Positions 57,848 to 64,000 of a DNA stretch of 64,000 nucleotides are shown piece by piece (positions within the stretch are counted from its first letter, which is position 1; each line of letters opens with the position of its first letter). The stretch comes from an uncultured delta proteobacterium (GTDB lineage: Bacteria; Desulfobacterota; Desulfobacteria; Desulfobacterales; JAHEIW01). The notes beneath the pieces are model-generated. The model worked only from the letters and a program-made list of their open reading frames with translations, had not been told where the DNA came from and did not search any database. A program made the translations under genes and the position numbers. The stretch is taken from the NCBI GenBank assembly GCA_963706575.1, contig CAVPNL010000004.1:577519-641518 (forward strand), read 5' to 3'.

Positions 57848-58261
57848 AGCTAAACCTCCGCTGTTTTATGTTTGGAGATTAATTTTAATTGACTCGCCCC
57901 TATTTCTCCATGGATAGATGTTTTTTCTTTGGAGTTGGCCGTTTTAAAAATCGATCCTATCAGAAAGTGAGCAGGTTGTGTGAGCGCGTAGACAGGGTAA
58001 TTTTACAGCTCGAGACACAGCGAAGGCGGTGAATTTGAGGTTCTGAATGGGCGTTGGGCTGCCGGTGGCGTCCGCGTTTCGGCGATTTAAGGATTGAATA
58101 CCAAAAAATTCCTAAGGATGTCAAACCGTTTGGATGGATTGTCAAAAGGCGGGTTTTGAACCTGATACTTTGATGATTTTTATATGAAACCGGCACCTCC
58201 ATTTTTTACATATTCTTGACTTGTTATTAGATTAACTGCTTTAATCAATGTCCGGATAAGT

Positions 58262-58427
58262 CTAGTATTGTGTCCTACAAATAAGTTACAAAATGATTGT
58301 CACTCCCGCGCAGGCGGGAGTCCAGTTCAAAGACGCCTGGATTCCCGCCTGCGCGGGAATGACGGATGGATACCACGCCTCAGAACTTAATAATATTTTA
58401 GGCAATATTTCTGGGACACAACAATAG
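58262..58427. mobile_element. MITE-like element enclosing a dRS3/REP-like hairpin pair
   Basis: Imperfect IR CTAGTATTGTGTCC / GGACACAACAATAG; internal GTCACTCCCGCGCAGGCGGGAGTCCAG...CTGGATTCCCGCCTGCGCGGGAATGAC (58299-58363). Confidence 0.6.
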
Positions 58428-58513
58428 AACCCATCTCAAAAATGTCTTTTGGCCCAATATCATTGTTGGCGCCTCAATCTTGAACCAAAATCCTATTTTT
58501 GAGATAGGTTCTA
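58425..58513. mobile_element. Short MITE-like element
   Basis: IR TAGAACCCATCTCAAAAAT / ATTTTTGAGATAGGTTCTA (18/19). Confidence 0.65.
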
Positions 58514-58552
58514 ATGACATGGGCTGCCCCCAAGCAAAAAGGAATATACCAA

Positions 58553-59272
58553 ATGACTGGAAGGAACCGGCAGGATATCAGGCCCGGCATCGAAGTAGAC
58601 ATCGTCCTGAAAAAAGACCAGCGCACCGGAAAGCTGACCCGGGGCATTGTTAAAGATATCCTCACCAAATCGACTCATCATCCCCACGGCATCAAGGTCC
58701 GGCTGACCGACGGACAGGTCGGCCGGGTAAAGAAAGTCTTGAATGACCCCGGCTCGGTGTCGACCATTCGTCAATGCAGTGATCGAGATTTTGAGACGAT
58801 CTATTCCATTATCAACGAGGCAGCGCAGGTTTACAAAGGGGTTATACCCGGGGATCGCTGGAAAATGCCTTATATGTCTAAAGATGAGCTAAAACATGAA
58901 ATCGATGCCGGCGTTGTGTTTTGGGGATTTGAAGAAAACAACCGGCTGATAGGCGTAATGGGGATCCAGTATGTTCAGGACGTCACCCTCATCCGGCATG
59001 CCTATGTCCGTTTGCAGAAACAACAACGGGGAATCGGCAAAAAATTGCTGTTGGGACTTTGTAAAAAGTCCGATCGCCCGATTCTGATCGGTACCTGGTC
59101 GGATGCGACATGGGCGATTCGTTTTTATGAAAAACATGGCTTCAAAAGGGTTTCCGAACAGGAAAAGAACCGACTGCTTAAAAAATACTGGTCGGTTCCG
59201 GCGAGCCAGGTCGTATCTTCGGTTGTCCTTGCGGACCGCAATTGGTTCGATATGGTAAATAAAAGTGCCTAA
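58553..59272 (+). CDS. YwbE (DUF2196)-GNAT acetyltransferase fusion
   Basis: IVLKKDQRTGKLTRG.VKDILT.S..HPHGIKVRL.DGQVGRV followed in frame by AYKGVIP.D.W-like, LIRHAYV, QRGIG, AIRFYEKHGF. Confidence 0.8.
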   Translation: MTGRNRQDIRPGIEVDIVLKKDQRTGKLTRGIVKDILTKSTHHPHGIKVRLTDGQVGRVKKVLNDPGSVSTIRQCSDRDFETIYSIINEAAQVYKGVIPGDRWKMPYMSKDELKHEIDAGVVFWGFEENNRLIGVMGIQYVQDVTLIRHAYVRLQKQQRGIGKKLLLGLCKKSDRPILIGTWSDATWAIRFYEKHGFKRVSEQEKNRLLKKYWSVPASQVVSSVVLADRNWFDMVNKSA

Positions 59273-59291
59273 CGTGAACGACAGCTTTGGC

Positions 59292-59365
59292 CTCACGCAA
59301 AGACGCCAAGGTTTTTTTTTAGTGTTTAGATTATAACTCTTTGCGGCTTAGCGCCTTTGCGTGAG
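59292..59365. repeat. REP-like inverted repeat
   Basis: CTCACGCAAAGACGCCAAG / CTTAGCGCCTTTGCGTGAG (17/19). Confidence 0.7.
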
Positions 59366-59379
59366 CAATTCATTAAATA

Positions 59380-59432
59380 GACAGAATTCCTTAACTTTAG
59401 TCACTTTAGATCACTTTGAAATTTAGCGCACT
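59380..59432. repeat. Half copy of the 709-835 repeat family (copy 2)
   Basis: GACAGAATTCCTTAACTTTAGTCACTTTAGATCACTTT vs GATAGAATTCCTTAATTTTAGTCACTCTAGATCACTTT. Confidence 0.8.
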
Positions 59433-59496
59433 GACTGTCAAAAATTTTTAAGATAGTTTCAAGTTTGACCGACACTCTATGCCCGAGGCCTGATGC

Positions 59497-59718
59497 CTAT
59501 TTTTTATTAAACCCTCTTAAGAACTTTATGGCCGGCAAAAGGCTGGGTGCCAGATGAAAGAACAGATCAAAAATATCGACGGGCCGGGTCAGATTGCCAT
59601 CTTTAAGCATGATCAATTTTTCAACCACATGCGGCATCGGACTGAAAGGCGCCAGCAGCGTAAAAGCCGCGATGAAAATAAGAATTGGATAGGATATGCT
59701 GTCAAGAAAACGCCACAT
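59497..59718 (-). CDS. Small membrane protein
   Basis: LAPF.PMPH..EKL.ML..G.L.RP.DIFDL..H conserved-looking motif. Confidence 0.7.
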   Translation of the reverse strand: MWRFLDSISYPILIFIAAFTLLAPFSPMPHVVEKLIMLKDGNLTRPVDIFDLFFHLAPSLLPAIKFLRGFNKK

Positions 59719-59817
59719 GATGGTTTCTCAGATAAATCAAGTTCTAACTTGCATCAGCACCCGCTATTGTCAATAATCTAGAACCATACCATACTTGAAC
59801 ATGTTTGAGACCAAAAT

Positions 59818-61452
59818 ATGCATGAAATATCCACTCAACTAGTACCGTTTGCTGATTTTAATAAAATACGATTCGTGGAGGGATTTGATCGTATCAGCAC
59901 TGAATACCCAACCTATCTGACTGACGAATCAAAATTATCTCCGCAACCTTTTGATTACCTGTTTTTTCCCATGGATGAATCCGAGCTTGCGGCTATCCTG
60001 AAACAGATGTCCGCACAAAAGATCAAAGTAACTATCGCTGGAGCGCGCACGGGACTGGTTGGTGGATGTGTTCCCATAAAAGGAGCGCTGGTGTCCCTTG
60101 AAAATTTTGATCGGGTAAAATCTGTTACCTGGGACCACAAAGTCCAAGAGTGGTGGATACAATGTCAGTGTGCGCTGGATTTACGCAGCCTTAATGAACA
60201 GCTTGTTTCCAAAAACCTTCCGGATATAGCAAATTGTGGTGATCGGCAAGCATTGGATGCATTAAAGCGGTTCAAAGAAGACCCGGCCGGTTACTTCTAT
60301 CCACCGGATCCGACCGAGATGAGTGCATCTATCGGTGGTACCGTGGCCACGAATGCCTCGGGGGCGCGCACGTATCGCTATGGGCCAACGCGCGACTGGG
60401 TGCGGGGAATTCGGGTAATGCTTTCCAATAGTGAAATACTGAGCATTCCTCGAGGGAAATATTTCGCATCACCCGCCGGTGAATTTGCCGTTTTTGATTC
60501 TAAAGGCAACGAACTTAGCATAAAGTTACCAACCTATCGTATGCCGCATACGAAAAATACGGCCGGTTTTTTTGCAGCACCCCGAATGGATCTAATAGAT
60601 CTTTTTATCGGCTCGGAAGGCTGCTTTGGGGTAATTACTGAAGTAACTGTAGCCTTACTGAAGCAAGATGAAAAAATTTCAGTGGTCCAATTCCTTGGTT
60701 CTGATGAACAGGCGATTGGGCTCGTGGATACGTTAAGAAATGATGAGCGTATTCAGTTGGATTTCCTCGAGTTTTACTCCGGCAATGCATTGGATTTGTT
60801 GCAGCAACGGCAGATACAGGACCCCAAATCCGTGGACATGCCGCCAATTCCCGAATATGCTGGAGCCGCTCTTTTCTTCGAATTTAGTTTCGAGGCCATG
60901 GCGGACAACCTCGATTATGGTCTACTTGAAGAAGCGATAAACCGCTGTGGCGCATCAATTTCGGATTCCTGGGCTGCTTATGAAAATCGCGAACTCCAGC
61001 GCCTCAAAGATTTCCGCCATATCCTACCGGAAACGATTAATGCCATCATCGCCGAACGTAAAAAGCAGTATCCGGAACTGCACAAGCTCGGAACCGACCT
61101 TGCGGTGCCCGATGAGCGCCTGCGCGATATGTGGCAAATCTATTATGATGCGCTTGAGGTGGCCGATTTGGAGTGGGTGGCATTCGGTCACATCGGCAAC
61201 AATCACATCCACATCAATATCCTGCCGCGGAATGCGAGCGAGCTCCAGAGGGGATTGGCGCTATACGAGCATTTTGCTGTCAAAGCAGTGGAGTTCGGCG
61301 GCACGGTTTCGGCTGAACACGGTATCGGAAAAATGAAGATAAAATTTCTAGAGCTGATGTACAGCCCGCACCACCTGAAGGAAATGCAGGCGGTAAAATT
61401 AGCCCTGGATCCAAGCCGCATTTTGAATCCGGGCAATATATTTCGCGATTGA
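59818..61452 (+). CDS. FAD-linked 2-hydroxyacid (D-lactate/GlcD-type) dehydrogenase
   Basis: GARTGLVGG, YPPDPTE.SASIGG..ATNASG, FGHIG..H.H.N, SAEHGIGK. Confidence 0.88.
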   Translation: MHEISTQLVPFADFNKIRFVEGFDRISTEYPTYLTDESKLSPQPFDYLFFPMDESELAAILKQMSAQKIKVTIAGARTGLVGGCVPIKGALVSLENFDRVKSVTWDHKVQEWWIQCQCALDLRSLNEQLVSKNLPDIANCGDRQALDALKRFKEDPAGYFYPPDPTEMSASIGGTVATNASGARTYRYGPTRDWVRGIRVMLSNSEILSIPRGKYFASPAGEFAVFDSKGNELSIKLPTYRMPHTKNTAGFFAAPRMDLIDLFIGSEGCFGVITEVTVALLKQDEKISVVQFLGSDEQAIGLVDTLRNDERIQLDFLEFYSGNALDLLQQRQIQDPKSVDMPPIPEYAGAALFFEFSFEAMADNLDYGLLEEAINRCGASISDSWAAYENRELQRLKDFRHILPETINAIIAERKKQYPELHKLGTDLAVPDERLRDMWQIYYDALEVADLEWVAFGHIGNNHIHINILPRNASELQRGLALYEHFAVKAVEFGGTVSAEHGIGKMKIKFLELMYSPHHLKEMQAVKLALDPSRILNPGNIFRD

Positions 61453-61460
61453 GGCGCAAT

Positions 61461-62258
61461 ATGAAAATTGTTGTGTGTGTTAAACAGGTCCCTGAAATCA
61501 CTGACGTGAACGTAGACCCTGAAACCGGAACACTGATCCGTGAAGGCGTAACCTCTATCCTCAATCCGTTCTGCGAATATGCGCTCGATCATGCCGCCCG
61601 GCTCAATTCCGCTGATAGCGAGGCAGAGGTCATCGCAATTACCATGGGACCGCCTCAGGCGAAGTCTGCACTTTATCGCTGCCTGGAGCTGGGTGCCGAC
61701 CGGGCCGTGCTGGTCAGCGACCGCAAATTCGCCGGTGCCGATACCTGGGCCACGGCGTTGACCCTTTCCGCTGCCATCCGGCAAACAGTGCCTGATTTTA
61801 ACCTGATTCTATTGGGCAAACAGGCAATTGACGGCGACACCGCCCAGGTGGGACCGGAGCTGGCTGAAATATTAAATCTGCCGCAGATCATGTACGGCGC
61901 TGAAATGCACCTAACACCCAACATGAAACGAATTCGGGTAAAACAGGAAACGGAAAACGGTTATAAAATACTTGAAGCCCGCTTGCCGGCTGTCGTTTCC
62001 GCCAGCAAAGGTGAGCTCATTCGCAGAGTTCCTTCTTTTCAGGACGTTATTAGCGCACGCACCAAAGACTTGCGGGTGATTACCGCCGATGATCTGAACC
62101 TTGACGAGGCAGAGCTGGGGCTGCAGGGTTCATACACCCAGGTGGTAAATGTCTTTCCGCCCGTCCAGAAACATGGCGGTACCAAACTGGAAGGCCTTGA
62201 ACCGGAAATGGCCGCCAGAAAGATTGCAGCGTATTTAAGAGAAGAGAAATTCATTTAA
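61461..62258 (+). CDS. etfB: Electron transfer flavoprotein beta subunit
   Basis: VCVKQVP, MGPPQA, DRKFAGADTWAT, GKQAIDGDTAQVGP. Confidence 0.95.
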   Translation: MKIVVCVKQVPEITDVNVDPETGTLIREGVTSILNPFCEYALDHAARLNSADSEAEVIAITMGPPQAKSALYRCLELGADRAVLVSDRKFAGADTWATALTLSAAIRQTVPDFNLILLGKQAIDGDTAQVGPELAEILNLPQIMYGAEMHLTPNMKRIRVKQETENGYKILEARLPAVVSASKGELIRRVPSFQDVISARTKDLRVITADDLNLDEAELGLQGSYTQVVNVFPPVQKHGGTKLEGLEPEMAARKIAAYLREEKFI

Positions 62259-62336
62259 TAACATTACTATATGCTATCTTAAAATTGGCAGTTCATCTTG
62301 GAAGACAGAGAAAAACGTTTCAAAGGTGCTGGTAAG

Positions 62337-62484
62337 TTAGAAGTGCCTAAAGTGACTAAAATGAGCTAAAATGCCTAAAGTTGAGGAATTCTGTCATATC
62401 TATAATAAAAGATGGGGCACCTGCGCAGCGCGAGCGAGACCATAATTTTAGGCATTTTAGATCATTTTTAATTTTAGCTCATTT
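62337..62484. repeat. Inverted full copy of the 709-835 repeat family (copy 3), between etfB and etfA
   Basis: TTAGAAGTGCCTAAAGTG..., core GGAATTCTGTCATATCTATAATAAAAGATGG matches the reverse complement of copy 1. Confidence 0.85.
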
Positions 62485-62574
62485 GGTGTTGTAAGCACTT
62501 TTTATAGATTTAAAACTGTATTATCGGGTGTTAAATGCATTTTTGAGATGGCTAAAAAAACTTGATTTCGCACC

Positions 62575-63786
62575 ATGTTAAAAATCGACAAAAACAAATG
62601 CAACGCTTGCGGCCTGTGTGAAACATCGTGTGCGTTTGGTGCCATCACCGTTGATGAAGATGTCGCCCAGGCCAACGACCTATGCACCCTCTGCGGCGCC
62701 TGCGTCAATGTGTGTCCCCAAAATGCTTTAGCTATCAAGCGCCGAAAGGTTTCCGTCGAAGAACTTTCTCATTACAAGGGCGTGTTCATCTGGGCCGAGT
62801 GTGAATCCAGGGGCGAAACGCATACGCCCAAAAAGGTGGCTTATGAGATTCTGGCACAGGGGCGTATGCTGGCCGATCAATTGGGAGAACAACTCAGTGC
62901 AGTCGTTCTCGGTGATGAGCGCCTGGCGGATATTGAAAATCTCTGTCATCACGGCGCAGATCGGGTGCTCTGCTGCCGGCATGATCTTCTGGGGTGTTAT
63001 ACCAGCGATGGTTTTACCAATGTGATTGCAGCCGTCATCGCCAAAGAGAAGCCCTCTATCGTTCTCTATGGCGCCACACCCAATGGACGTGATCTGGCGC
63101 CCCGGGTGGCTGCGCGCATGCGTCTGGGACTGACAGCAGACTGCACCGAACTGGGAATTGATCAACACAGGCAGCTCGTGCAGACCCGGCCGGCATTTGG
63201 CGGCAATATAATGGCCACCATTATCTCCCCTTATACTCGGCCGCAGACCGCCACCGTACGACCCAACGTTTTTGCCGCTGCCGAAGCGGACCCTACCCGT
63301 CCGGTGAATATCGAAGAGGTACCCGTGACACTTACCAAAGCCAATATCCGCACCCGTCTGATAGAAGAAATCCTGCTGGATAGCGAAGAAGAGAGAATCG
63401 AAGAGGCAAAAATCATTGTCTCTGCCGGCCGCGGTTGTCAGGATCCTGAGAACCTGGACACGGTCCGTGAGCTGGCCCGAAAACTGGGTGGTGTTCTGGC
63501 GGGGTCGCGTGCCATTGTGGAGTTGGGATGGATTCCCCACAGCCTGCAGGTCGGTCAATCCGGAACGACCGTTGGGCCGGAACTTTATGTGGCCATCGGC
63601 ATCAGCGGAGCCGTTCAACATGTGGTTGGCATGAGTTCGTCAAAAAAAATCATTGCCATAAACAAAGATCCCAATGCCCCCATATTTAAAATTGCCGAGC
63701 TGGGTATCGTCGGCGACGCCCTGGTTATTCTTCCAAAGCTAATTGACGAAATTGAGCGCATAAAAGTAAGAGCCCAATTAAGTTGA
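62575..63786 (+). CDS. etfA: Electron transfer flavoprotein alpha subunit with N-terminal 2x[4Fe-4S] ferredoxin domain
   Basis: CNACGLCETSC, CTLCGACVNVCP; GLTADCT, TRPAFGGN, QVGQSG, GISGAVQH. Confidence 0.95.
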   Translation: MLKIDKNKCNACGLCETSCAFGAITVDEDVAQANDLCTLCGACVNVCPQNALAIKRRKVSVEELSHYKGVFIWAECESRGETHTPKKVAYEILAQGRMLADQLGEQLSAVVLGDERLADIENLCHHGADRVLCCRHDLLGCYTSDGFTNVIAAVIAKEKPSIVLYGATPNGRDLAPRVAARMRLGLTADCTELGIDQHRQLVQTRPAFGGNIMATIISPYTRPQTATVRPNVFAAAEADPTRPVNIEEVPVTLTKANIRTRLIEEILLDSEEERIEEAKIIVSAGRGCQDPENLDTVRELARKLGGVLAGSRAIVELGWIPHSLQVGQSGTTVGPELYVAIGISGAVQHVVGMSSSKKIIAINKDPNAPIFKIAELGIVGDALVILPKLIDEIERIKVRAQLS

Positions 63787-64000
63787 CGTCTGCTGCGACG
63801 CAGCAAAAATCCCGCTTATGCTTATTCGTCTCGAAAAATCAACCCGAGTGAGGTACGCCAATTTTTAGATTGCTATAATAGGTACAGAAATTTAATAAAC
63901 TGTTTAAGCCGGTTATCTATGGTGTGATAAGCTGTATTTTTTATAAATCTTCTAGGTAATCTTAAATATTTTCAAATCTAAAAATTGAAGATTACACTAA

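Noticed and set aside
62728..63621. 297-aa minus-strand ORF and similar long antisense ORFs elsewhere
   Set aside because: Shadow frames of well-supported genes
63859..63988. Inverted repeat CAATTTTTAGATT / AATCTAAAAATTG near the window end
   Set aside because: AT-rich and cut by the window edge; cannot establish an element

Overview
Gene-dense bacterial chromosomal window of moderate GC. The repertoire and protein style suggest a Desulfobacterota-like (deltaproteobacterial) anaerobe, but this is an inference and no phylogenetic marker is present. No rRNA, tRNA, CRISPR array or intact transposase was found. The main feature is a roughly 36 kb region (about 5.3-41.8 kb) that reads like a light/photo-oxidative stress island. 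It contains a B12-binding MerR regulator (CarH/LitR type) with a clear 3 x 11-bp operator overlapping divergent promoters. That regulator faces lon-ftsH-TPR-dksA-lipocalin-chalcone isomerase-like-MFS-DUF1295. The island also holds an RpoH-like sigma factor with a second candidate operator and a long structured leader, a desaturase/FAD-oxidoreductase/DUF1365/cfa lipid-modification operon resembling furan fatty acid genes, uvsE, a SOUL protein, an FeS-type photolyase and cobO. A frameshifted LOV-like PAS remnant sits next to the regulator. No carotenoid genes are present. The rest of the window holds a CI-like repressor/comEA/four-helix-bundle/RelE TA module, ORF6N remnants, recQ, an Mla-type ABC operon led by a cNMP-PAS sensor, an electron-bifurcating-type FAD dehydrogenase/EtfBA set, several pseudogenes, and several families of short palindromic or MITE-like intergenic repeats.
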